In this document: positions 12,001 to 19,800 of the stretch, one piece after another | Numbering within the stretch: position 1 is the first letter of the stretch | Layout: the number at the start of each line of letters is the position of its first letter | NCBI GenBank assembly: GCA_026129095.1 | Contig: JAHCIT010000002.1 | Location: 62,001-126,000, forward strand | Reading direction: 5' to 3' | DNA from: Deltaproteobacteria bacterium | GTDB lineage: Bacteria > JAGRBM01 > JAHCIT01 | DNA: 64,000 nt | Translations under genes and position numbers: made by a program | Notes under the pieces: model-generated | The model's input: only the letters and a program-made list of their open reading frames with translations | What the model was told of the DNA's origin: nothing | Database searches by the model: none

Positions 12001-13443
12001 GAGCGGACCCACCGTGGCAGGACCGTCAGTGCCGCCTTCGAGGTTCGTTCCGCCGCCGCCGATGACATACGTCACTTCGTTCGCGTCGGCAGTCGCAAGA
12101 TTGACCGCGTTACCAGCCGTGCCGCGCTCCGTCGCGGTAACCGTGATCACGCCGCCGACCTGGTGGGCGATCACGCCGCCCAGCACCGGGTGGCGGTTGA
12201 TGAGGTCCACGAATCCCTGGGCGTTGACGTCGGTATCGTTCACTGCCGTGTCGCCGTCAGCATCAATGTATTCGAAATCGGTCAGCGGGTCGGCGATCAC
12301 GCCACCCACTTCGACCACGTTGAAGGTCGTTCCGTTGATGGTGATCGAGGAGGCGACATCGGCGCCCACGGTCACGTCGCCGCCGCCACCGGTCGCCAGC
12401 GTGATCGTGTTGCTGGCGCGGGTGTAGGAGCTGGCGTTGATGTGCGGCGGGAGGGCGTCAAAGGTGAACGGGAAGTCGTTCACGCCGGTGACGTTGGCCT
12501 GCAGCGTGAGGCTGGGATCGAAGCAGCCGCCCACGCAGGCCGGGGCCGGCAGCGTCGTGGCCAGGAGCGGCGCCGTGGCGTTGGAGTTGCCGCCAAAGAA
12601 CTCGAACCGGAAGGTCACCCAGAAGTCCGAACCGTTCAGGAGAACCGGGTAGTTGGTGAGCGTGCTCCAGCCGCGGTCGCTGCCGGAGGCGGTGATGCGG
12701 ACCGGAACGACCGCTTCACAGATACCGGTAGTGGCAGCCGTATCGGCATTGGAGTTCGCGGGGATCACGCCGTTGGTGGGCTGCGCGTTCCCGCGCACGC
12801 CGCTGGCGGCATGGTTGATGAAACCGGTCACGCCGTCATAGGTGGGAGTCAGTGCACCGCCCACCGTGACGCCCAGGTTGAGGCAGTTGGCGCTGGCCGT
12901 TTCGCCGCAGACCGAAACGCCGTCCTCAAAACGGCCAAGGCCCGCGATATCCGGGTCCACAGCGTTATCGGTGGTAAAGCCGGTGTCGATCACCAGCGTG
13001 TCCGCGAAGGCGCAGGTGACCGTGTTGTCGGTGCCGTTGCTGTCCAGCGTGGTTCCCCACGGAACCCGGTCGGCGAACACCAGCATGCGGTTGACGCGGT
13101 TCGGAACCGGAGTGGCACTGGTCCCGAGCGGCTGGGGCGAACTGGTGGCTGCAAGATTGAACTTGCCCTGCATGGCAACCGACAGGGAGGTCTGCCGGTT
13201 GGGCACCACGGTGCCGTTCAGCACCTGATATTGCGGATTGCTGATCTGCGCGATCTCGGTGCTGGTGGCACCGAGCTTGATCGACACCGCAGAACCGCCC
13301 GCATCGGGGTCCGGGCTTCCCGGATTCCGTACAAACTGGTCCAGCGGAACCGCCGCCGTTTCAGACTGCCGGCTGCATCCGCCAAGCGTAAGGCCCGCGG
13401 CCGCCACGATCATCACCATCCAACGCATCATTCCGTACTTCAT
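1..13443 (-). CDS. Giant lipoprotein paralog A (>4481 aa; 3' end beyond the left edge; absent from the ORF track)
   Basis: Translated by hand in sampled segments. ATG at 13443 follows SD GGAGGAG and gives MKYGMMRWMVMIVAAAGLTLGGC (lipobox LGGC). The same frame at positions 1-190 reads DRRFRIGFTAADGVVTLGNLNGVNAALFDGLADLIAREDYAFIVNNQVPRTSTPLQSMDQLT, matching the near-C-termini of the other two giants. Internal segments are in the same frame. An internal stop would have produced a track ORF, and none is listed. In-register antisense shadows lie at 1087..6132 and 7234..13578. Confidence 0.93.
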   Translation of the reverse strand, partial: MKYGMMRWMVMIVAAAGLTLGGCSRQSETAAVPLDQFVRNPGSPDPDAGGSAVSIKLGATSTEIAQISNPQYQVLNGTVVPNRQTSLSVAMQGKFNLAATSSPQPLGTSATPVPNRVNRMLVFADRVPWGTTLDSNGTDNTVTCAFADTLVIDTGFTTDNAVDPDIAGLGRFEDGVSVCGETASANCLNLGVTVGGALTPTYDGVTGFINHAASGVRGNAQPTNGVIPANSNADTAATTGICEAVVPVRITASGSDRGWSTLTNYPVLLNGSDFWVTFRFEFFGGNSNATAPLLATTLPAPACVGGCFDPSLTLQANVTGVNDFPFTFDALPPHINASSYTRASNTITLATGGGGDVTVGADVASSITINGTTFNVVEVGGVIADPLTDFEYIDADGDTAVNDTDVNAQGFVDLINRHPVLGGVIAHQVGGVITVTATERGTAGNAVNLATADANEVTYVIGGGGTNLEGGTDGPATVGPLVTGGIPRQLPYGPIGYLQNFDDLSTTSGLPVVTAGSQNFVSRNVQGNDLITFLSDGNNGRTRVIAGVSVEKSVEADVGSSATVIVDADTLLSSMPSDGILVGGTVTGQTGTAANVGVTRTIVASDTTLGTLTVSPAFPAAVAAGDTLLIRQGGAAVSPSLLGLTASVPADSSAAQYLIAHADVQALRPRETGGNVVIEDVRFASANSAVVTGTIEEGRPAVIIFTGADSIPFNLNDDLAFVTAQSGAASNRIRIQFTDTGTLGVTIAEWPANYIGGPDAPAAGDDNDLIININYDAGTTTQLAVAAAVASHPVARRFVQAIPFGGLAAVTAAVDGLINPPPPGSLPLNPATEGALIPGIGSDIAQITVRGVNQVTGAIQTRSAVITRSQSAIDPTLATAVYEDIDGTGVPVANTAIRFYARTAGAAANGVEIDIQDGVALDVTADDGVNLTIEAPAGTTADEIVEFVNEGSRGSRQVNSADGAGGRNDILFENVLSGSDAATGYAVSTQILDGATPGVTVTQVGVNPVNVTVIINRGTGGTTLRAAEVVSLVNTHPVAQLFVRASLAAGPTTLVEPVAAVGANPRTTFDATTLNNTLNQFYTAGTVTFTTGANAGETRQIISYTAATRTIVVSPGFTNDISVADQFTLVNTNDGQRLFEPANDGVPVAMAGQSGRSAFFKAMHDAGSTGTGAYDLTAGALGPVFTFGGSDPSALLGFVGRIKSSNANIVVGQYSGGECNPSFTDLVMSGHSSLCFTATIPIAEGGTVFDIQATDGSGNLTSDIAQTALLGNPLACSAIVPGDTTPDRCEIVDGAATANLQVVRDVTPPILIADSQDPAYDTTRYEAAASIDCTAPPPGNFCSRPVFVLPADAPAGGGSFTSFSPTVSVGGHVIDYTSTTTAFDTEAAGRTLVRVQSDNNYDSFASPGAGSLDEHGNPVPYTDGDAGVDNGFFRYGNISLRTGALTNFTVTAWDQAGNTTSFSFSVRQFEGNINTPPHFAIDCVVEDTPALVTSATADGNTPPRAIMCENDANSSNPNTPIVVRSLDMNNSANPGGRFGDFVGEQGPTVTTGLVSGAGTGAGAVEGPASVSISTASDFFHVGDLITFTDGLAVGQTRTVTAYNAGTSTFTVTPAFSPAPAPGDIFTLASFGHYDAATGTATMVDTLDALSTVPTNPVDVDTGAVAGLSTVDDAYVGGTLTVEDAGATGTCAVGLVLTVTDYVAATGLFSVTTTAAACDLDTDAQLVLRHGDGRNYRSVGALDTLGAGVMPQLDFRTVRSDRIFLQGRTLSLDALPPTVYLGADPTIVKVSGDLMPADGNGTGNPARDFLTLAVAGGNGSSVISIADDVFVTDNLRPGDFISLSSLQGSQSPNVGLFRITACEALDVTGTFCEGLAPFDLTLDKPLPADALGMFVQSAYVWSAPSLSVPVEGINSYLFIAIDSVLSDPNDPLSGNQTVVPFAVIRDTLPPAIVIQGVVNNQDSVAANPIVFMTDQTLFLGSSSTLPAQHRSFIAVTRLDNNGEDEDNVTAHQRGDYRIFADRLTGNSENTAGAAQSLLATQTSLGQAQAALLTGDVPARPLDVDLSCGDNHADGDDQCRPGQDMAYRVEVAANDRVGRSSVAAVQFNIVESAVDRLLSGALGIISSNPAVVSLISDPTELRTLTLDQLSNSGVLYNLNFHTSLLLGAPNDTVASNPRQAFYLDSRTDFAIVLGTLLQDVDGTGPSDSTVVILANVGRILLDNGVLDDLLPLLDDQAIINPRARENFPAGPRTDPGDATLSSIFLEEIMRDPAEAATPCNVGVNQYNCYDDPGTVKNTLPMVKNALDSKQSLRMRATDVTVADTNTLNARVSGIDLIINPVPVAGESVCDSATGGFLPVSNPGEEDSFINTQPGDYIEIVTGACAGGRARVTVVNSDTQIQTEPFRGVYTSTEDGGITATTLEDSTTIGHDPALYTGQTLRILSGVNVLQTATVTSFDDVTGEFTFAAGCVPGPCAVSGAGDAYTVNQLLSTACTSVGGCEGAGCAFRVVPPQGPSMEPIFDLADHLLFMDLDNDGRFGEREVISSLMHLIEESMANPQEDFNDPSYVGSYPTAADRYSLVCPATGICPNTLADIQDAPSLQGMMDLIYELSDNDNPADGVEFISRLLNLVRAAISEYPREATNPLAPRGATVLEAVSFITRDLLSDEIGSTGLMAEPLAAIPNPDYELLTSPDDRQNSRMNLLMRSTYIMGPNGVSLPNQTITLKNGATTTVNSVLTAVFPLLHAISDDPDDNPRGIPFPPFTFGVQQSVLEKLLPAIELVLRDNRLEDVIDRLADILDPGTNVSDLTAFDYVNNVRNTGFADQPPNPYTVNPPILRVITELGGATIDPNLDNDPAQFRTSLDYTTDALNVLLTRVGKSSPVQENVSADGTSVNTKACSEAYFAGRTPIEVLLNVVAQLVETAPKDPRHQNFRDNTCGSFNPGDNRQYVRVLIDGLFDDPNTQYFEANDIGPGGADDIDDYPGNPVGAYNCGGNRGPNGGDGIAVDQAALDILPEVINTALRFGYDSQDRINSIFAECDPAQGDTLTRKGGCYVNNGYPNGTDERLLSVSRLGIDLAMILDAPFAIGSGGGLIRFEQSVVREALEQIAVMSATDAVNYILLLTLKIAEDIQPINGTLTVPDPQDITRSTAAARALADPDGDGNPAPDGVIDDIIPVVQALGASGLAQQILDLLRAVRACGVDDAPGANGRDIKGGELLKSSEDLTLILLDAFSGARGASGNNDGTNRTLVTETPEGAGGVAYCPATPDVNGIGRGFTGGPLDQNPAREEAEALGADNATTTVRGDTALTTLSTTAGFYTGGLITFLDGPAAGETRRITNYALAAGTEYLFTFDALSAAPVAGNRYAVTLSSVNVGVLMAGNDLALTGSDDNAGDVGQAEARNWGAIYSEALPPSTTNFNAGGVGPGAFLCIETRGADQPGGYDEACAPLTARPGTTAPDLVATNDCAADGTLRNCVTFQNDVSAPFLTAYDNIQGYMALNCNQRRYAVTGGTDVTIVVGAGDGSLASIGVDAFAGQQLVFVTDSTDVSVSAGDVATITANTAGPGPITFTVTGLDVADDPTGGSVRLFGDQSCSYRVRQMREPYNGCVGGDVIGGEGLGLALSSFGGPTPLPVNPFRDSRMDLLLRTLDHLHRGVNAVDTGGGAEADYSFFDRAVGLITFVVQPNPDNENNRSMAENLIFGANGFEETEEGPVQRMLNDGPTRSALSAVTTLFARLTAATGVPTLDSVTETVTTGDGAAPFDTFVVTGINGTYPADTDLLGRAITFTSGANTGVTTYVTAYDPGTDTITVTGVPAAIGLDDFIVQGREDRYDRYPNFVDASGWPTPAGADCSNTGIPGCDGNAINDAVDYQLLALSGLLGTLGDRDGRDGELGANAVLPGHSREGFSDDPRLLFSVLTQFIQTDLIRQLIPGIQILTEQTDLVPPAARDTKSTVVDDNNTLHGLEIDGLALANIISRSARSNNGDESGLLYDSRPYVPGTYAAGQQRVILAGATAVDGIYEGPTQALVRTILGVLDDFEQAIDYTDGSSTQPTFDNAESLNNKRYRNKLVAMQDLLANLMGSVRDGIEHPFNTQNYLGQALRLVRDIATDTDTVVTPSGHDRTIDNILSVQVGLAQRDIIDTPTGAGDFYRSGLDVVGNFINTLIEDPTDCNTATADFDRGVNAAVTYDACVDFNPQAVFRDRGVLVERPLQPILREDLFSSLSVLLAGDAESKVIGALPFISGIIGSQLYALDNDPVSGTGPIDPTDLGNAPGCGSGAIDREFCGQEYTTGVTIADALFADIQALIPGSASVNPRIVREDDENRYDPLITDDLNRNGTIGDAALAGVFDTTFGGGAPWMSVFDDPAVAACVTNCPSTEVDNIVFDCSPPAGFPAGSLLEACTDGASGDPEVAGTPAGYTDRRFRIGFTAADGVVTLGNLNGVNAALFDGLADLIAREDYAFIVNNQVPRTSTPLQSMDQLT

Positions 13444-13849
13444 TGTCGCCACTCCTCCAGTTCCGCTTCCGGTCTCCGGCTGCATTCCGCTTCCGGCTGC
13501 CTTCGCGGCAATTGGTATCTTTTGTCTTTCCCGCCGTCCCGGCTTCTCCCGCCGGGCGGCGCTCTTCAACGCTATTGACGGATATGGCATCCCTCTCCCC
13601 TGATTGGGAGAGATCCGCCTGATCCGCATCACATCGGCTTTCGTTCCGGAGACGAGAGGCTTTACGCCCGCGTCCCCGCGGTGTGCCGACAGTCACCTTT
13701 CTATTGGTGGTCCTAAAATGGCAGGTCACCATTCATTCCGGCAAGTTAACGGTTGTAAATCCCTTGTTCATATTCCTCTACATCTTCACCTTGGGTGCTC
13801 GCGTCAAAATTCGGTATCACAAAAACTGCTGCGTCCATCATGCACTGCG

Positions 13850-16800
13850 TTAAAAATTGGTATTCAGCAACAGTTCGCCAAGGCCCTCCAGCAGGAGCAG
13901 CAGATCGCCCGATACCGGCCCCCCTGCCGACAGCACCCGCTGGGTGTACTGGTCGATTTCCCTGTTTTCCGCCGAAAAACGGCGCACCGAATAGGTCCGC
14001 GGGAGCTGGTTGTTTACTGACCGTCCAAGGTGCCCGGAGGCGATCAGGTCCGCGAAACCATCCAGCGTGGCGGCATTCAGCCCCTGGATATTGCCCATCG
14101 TGACCACGCCATCGGCCGCCGTAAACCCGATCCGGAACCGGCGGTCCGGATAGCCGCCGCCAGCCGCCAGCGGAGCGCCGGTGACATTCGTGCAATGCAC
14201 GAGCGGGTCCGATCCGGCCGCACCCGGCGGCGGCGAGCAGTCGTAAACAATGTTGTCATTCAGGTTGACGAGCTTCCCGGCAACAATGGCGTAGTTCTGC
14301 TCGGACTCCTGGAGGTTCCCCACCAGGCCGAAATCATCGAAAACCGAGTAGCGGGCGGGCGTGAGGGCGCTGCGCCCGGTGCCCTGCAGCCCCGTATCGG
14401 AAACCTGTCCGTTCCGGTTGATGTCGTCGCTCAGGATGGGATCGAGCCGGTCCTCGGCGGCGTCCGGGATCAGGTATTTGATGTCGGAGAACAGGGCATC
14501 AATGATCGCGACCCCCTTCGTGTATTCGATGAACTCGAAACCGTCGCGGTCCACGATTGGCCGGGACGAATCAGCGACCACCCGAGCCAGGAACGGCAGC
14601 CCCAGTTCCAGGTTGGTATCGGCAGGACCGGCGATGAGGGGCCGGAGCCGCTCGAACAGCTGCTGATGCAGCGCATAGTCGAGCATCCGCTCGCTCTGGC
14701 TGGTCACAGTGGGCTGGTCGTCGTCGTCGAAGATGGCGTCGTAGCTGCCCGCCACGCAGCCCACCCGGCCCGCCTGGAACACCCCGCGCTGGGTGCCGAG
14801 CGACGCGCCGGCCGGATCGGCCTGGTCCGCACGGTCACAATCGGTGGGGTCTTCGAGCCACAGGGCCACAAGATCGGCGCCGGTGTCATTCGGCGAGCGG
14901 TTGTTGCCCGGCTGGTAGGCTTCGCGATTCACGGCGAGCACCGGGGCGATGATATCCAGATTGCGGTCATGCCCGGCCGTGGCGATGTCGTGATCCTCGG
15001 TAATGTACCGGACCAGCGTGAGCGCCCTTGCCAGCGTGTTGTCCCGGGGAGTCGGCCCCACACCGAGCAGATGCGCGGCAATCCGCTCGGTCGAGACCAC
15101 GCGGCTCCGCCGCTTGCCGACCCCGGCGTGCCATTCATCCAGCGCGAGCTTGGCCGTCCTCGCCAGCACCTGGACAGCCCCTTCGCTCACGTCCGGTGCA
15201 TCAGTGGCCCCGTAGGTGACGGCGCTCTGGCCGGTGGGAACCGTGGCGGTGGTCTCGGTGCCGTCCGGATACGAAGCGGGCGGCCAGATGGAACCGGTTT
15301 CGTCGCCATTGACGGAGGCCGACACCCGGCGGCTCACGGCAGCGAGCACATCCGAATTGAATCGCGGGTTGTTGTTGTCCACCACGAGCGATTCCAGGTC
15401 GCGCACCCGGTTCACCAGGGTGCTGTCGAACTGCGGCACCGAGTCAAAGGTTTCAGCGGCAATCTGGATACCGGGCAGCAGCCGCTGCGGGAACCCGCCA
15501 TCAATGAGCAGCGCCGTCAGCTCGAAAAGCACGGCCGGATCGTCGGTAAACCTGAACAGTGACGAGGCGGGGTTATTGTTCGCCCGCGGGATACCATCCT
15601 GTCCATTGCGGGTTCCAAGCACCCGGAGCAGGCCTTCAGCCGCCAGCAGGGCGAAATCGGTGCCGTCGTTGACGGCGTTGCCCTCGAACGGCCGCGTCCA
15701 GTCGGTCTGCGAGAAGTCGCAATCCGGCCCCTGGTTGCAGGGATAGGAGTCCCGTCCGTCCTGGACGAGGCCCGGTACCGGATCGTTGGCCGAAAGCGTC
15801 GACAGGCCCTGGATCTGAAGCAGGTTGCCGATGGCCTGACGGGCATTTTCATCATTGAGCAGCGCCTGAACGGGCGTCTCCCCCACGAAATCGAACGCCT
15901 CGCCGCCCAGCAGGAGCTTGGTGGCAAAGGCCGGCTGGCCGCTTTCGTCCTGCGTGATGGAAAGGTAGAGAAGCTGCTCGATCCGGTCCATGGCGGAGTA
16001 GCAGTTCTGCTCGTCGGCCACGGTAAAGCCCGGCGTATTCAGGCCGGCACAGGCCCCGGCGGCGAGATCGACCTGGTTCAAACCTGCACCCAGATCGGCC
16101 ATCGACCGGAGCATCAGGTCCAGAAGGCCGTCGCGCCAGGTGTTCGGGAACAGTACCGGCCGGTTGACGACAACCGTGTCGCCCGCCCCCGGCGGCACGG
16201 CAAACGGCGCCGTCGTGAACGTCCGTGTCGCCGCGGCATAGCCGGTAATTGGCTGCACCTCGTTGCCGAACCGCATCGTGCCGCCGGTATAGGCGCCATC
16301 GTTCAGGGCCGAGAAGTTCCGGTCGCCGGCAAACGAGCCCGGGCCGCCTGACGATTCCACCGTTCCCCGGACCTCGAGCGCGATGGGTGAGAATGCCCCG
16401 AGCGTCATCCCCAGTCCCGCGCCGAACCCGAGCGCCGGTGACGGCCCCACCCGGTCACCGGCGAGACAGCCATTGAACGGCTCCCTGAGCTGGCGGATCC
16501 GGAAGGAACATTCGTCCGTGGGCAGGTTCGTCTGGTCGCACCGGGCAGCCATGAAAGCGGTCAGGCCCACAAGGTCATTGAACTCGACTTCGCCCGACCG
16601 TGGCAGCGGACGCCCCACAATGCCGGCGCAGGATTCAAGGTATCCGCCCGGTTCGTCGGCATGACGTATCACCACGCAAAGGGAAGCGCCCGGCCCCACG
16701 CCGAGATCACGCAGGTCGGCGTTGGGGCCCGTGATCAGGAACCCGTCACCCGGAGCCGGAGCTGCTCCAAACACCGGGCTCACATTGATCGTGGGAGCGC

Positions 16801-19800
16801 TGAAACCCGAGATCACGCTCGTCTGGCCGGCAAGAACGCCCGTCGTAAATGTGACCAGCGACCCTGTCAGGTCGCCCGACAGGCCGGTTCCGTCGAACTG
16901 CCCGGCCAGCGGCGCTCCCGCAACGGTCGAGGCAAACGTGGACGCCCAGTTACCGGCGAACGCCCGGCCAGTACCGGTCAGCCGGAGCCGGTCGCCAGCA
17001 GCCGCCACACCCGCATTCACCGGCGAGCGCGGCTGGATACCCGGTGCACTCTCGTCGGAATCTTCCAGAACGAGAGGGTTGGAATCGAGCGCGCCGCCCC
17101 GGTTTCCGCGTCCATCCAGACCGGCGGCCTCGGCCGGGCAGAGACCGCTTTCCGCGCCGCTCTGCGGATCCAGCAATGAAAGGATCAGGTCTTCCTGCGC
17201 GTACAGCAGCTCGCCGCCGCGGATGTCCTTCAACTGGTGCAGGATGCTCTCTTCCGGCTCGACGATGCCGCACCCGCGGACCGCCCTGAGAATATCGACC
17301 AGCTGGTCCGTTGCGCCGGTGGCCGACAACGCCTGGGCGAGCGGGATCAGGTCGCCCAGCAGTCCATCTGGCAGCGGGTCGCCGTCGTTATCCGGATCGG
17401 CAAACACCCGTGCGGCGGCGGCTCCCTTGGCGATATCCTCAGGCGTCAGCGCAGTAGTCGAACCATTGATCGGTTCGATATCGTCGCTGATCCGGGAGAC
17501 AAGCAGCACGATGTAATCGATCGCCTCGCGCTTCGACATCCGGGCAATTGTCTTGAGGGCCTCGCGGAGCAGCGACTGCTCGAACCGCAGGATGCCGGTA
17601 ACGCCGGAACCTACCTGGAACGGCCCGTCGAACTGGAACGCGATGTCGTTCAGGCGCCGGAGATTCGAGAGCAGGCGTTCCTGGGCAAACGGGAACGGAT
17701 AGCCCTTGTTCTTCGGGCATCCCGCATCCACATCCGTGCAGTAGGCGAAAATGCTCATCAGACGGTCGTTCTCGTCGAAGCCGAACCGGGCCATCACGTT
17801 GAGGGCTTCCGGCAACTGGTCGAGGGTCCGGCGGCTCACGGCGAGGCCATCGCCACCGTTCGCGCCACGGTTGCCTTCCACCGGATCCGGGAACGGATCG
17901 GCCGGGTAAGAGAGCAGCTGGAGCGGATTCGCGGGATAGTCGTCGATATCGTCCGGAAGGGAGGGCTCATCCACATCCGGATCGTCAAAAAGGGCATCCA
18001 GAATGATGCGGACCTGCGACCGGTTGATGTTCCCCGGTACCGGATCCGATGTCGTGACGTGATCGTGAATCGATTTTTCGCGGGGATCGATGGTGACCGG
18101 TCCAAGCATCGGCGCAAGACGGGTCAGGATCAGTTCTATCGGCGCATCCCCGTTGAAGTAGCTTTCATTGCAGGCATTGGTGTGCACGACTCCATGAACA
18201 GGATCCAGATTGTTGTCCAGCAGCGGATCGTTCAGTTCCAGCCGCACGCCAATATGGCGGAACAGCGCATTCAGGGCCCCGGCGGCGGCGTCCATCGCGG
18301 TCTGGTCACCGGCATCGATTCTTTCGTTGCGGTTGGCATCCAGCCGCATGGCTGAAACCTGCGTCAGGACCCGGATAAGGGGAGGCGTGCTGACATATGG
18401 ATTGGCCTGTTCGGGCACCGTAAAGGGATACGTGTATACGCAGTCGTTACCCGCACAAGCCGCCGCCCGGCCGAGATCCCGGCCGCCATTGTCGGCGAAT
18501 GCGGTCAGGTCGCTCACTCCGGTTCCGGGATCAAGCAGGTCCGCCAGCGCCAGCAGCAGATCTTCCAGGCGGTCATCGCGGAGAATAAGGGAGAGCGGCC
18601 CCATCAGCTTCTCGCCGGGGCTGCGTTCGGGAAATGTGCCCGGAGCGAAGCCGATGCCGCGGGCATTGTCATCCGGATCGTCGGCGATCTGCCAGAGGAC
18701 CGGTATCAGCGCCGGCACTGCGCTGAACAACACGGCCTCCGGCGTTCCGTCGCGGGGCGTGTAATCGTATGTCGCGGCGAAATTCATCGGCTGGGAGAGG
18801 AACCATCCACTGCGAAGCAGCAGGTTCAGCCGGGTGTTCTGCCGGCGGGAGCCGGATACCAGCGGCCCGTCCCCCGCAGCCCAGGGATTCGGCGAACGGG
18901 TCAGCACCGGTTCGGCGAGCATTCCCCCCGTTGACGGCGCATTATCCAGGAGATCCCGGGCGAGGAACAGCAGGGCCTGGGCACGGGTCGTCCCTTCGGG
19001 GACCATCGGGTTAATGGCCTCGCGGTCATAATCCCCAAGCATGAACCGGGCGAGTTCCAGCGCCTGCGGGACGAACTCCACGCCGTTGTCCTGGTTCTCG
19101 TCGTCAGACAGCTGATACAAGAGGTCATTCAGCGCCTGGAACGAGGCACTGTCGGCGAATGCCTCCCGGTGAGCCGGATTTTCCGGATCGTTCGGACAGG
19201 TAATACCCTCGTCGCAGATAACCGACAGGTCGCCAGCGGCAACGAGGAACTGCTCCTCAGCCAGATGCAGAACTGCCTGGAGAAGATCGTTTTCGCCGCC
19301 TGTCAGCACACCATCCGAGATTGACGACGCACCGAGCGCATCGCGTCCATCCTTGTTGGCGTAGGAAAGCAGATCAGCCAGTTCCAGTACCGGGACAAAC
19401 GCCCGCGCAGGAGGCGGTGTAATGGCAAACGCACAACCCGCACCGCCACAGGCCGAAGCCGCCGCGCAGTCCACGTTGAAGGGTGCATTTCCATCCGGCC
19501 AGATGAACGTGTCGGGATCGATAATTCCCGGCGGGACCGGAGGGTATGGCGCGCAGGAGGTTTCGAGGGTCTGACTGTCAATGACCTCCAGAACCGCCCG
19601 CGAGGTGCCTGTGCAGGCGCCTGAAAGTACCGTCACCCGGTCACCCGGCTGGACATTGGATTCCGAACCCACAATGGGCGACGGCTGGAATCCGTCCGGA
19701 ACCGATGTCGTGAGGGTGCAGTGGTCGGCAGCACTGATCACCAGATCGGTTCCTGAAATCCGGTTGTCTGTCCGCCGGGGATCCAGCGGGTTCACCGTAT

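Noticed and set aside
7234-13578. 2114-aa plus-strand ORF
   Set aside because: Same shadow effect, caused by avoidance of TTA/CTA/TCA in paralog A.
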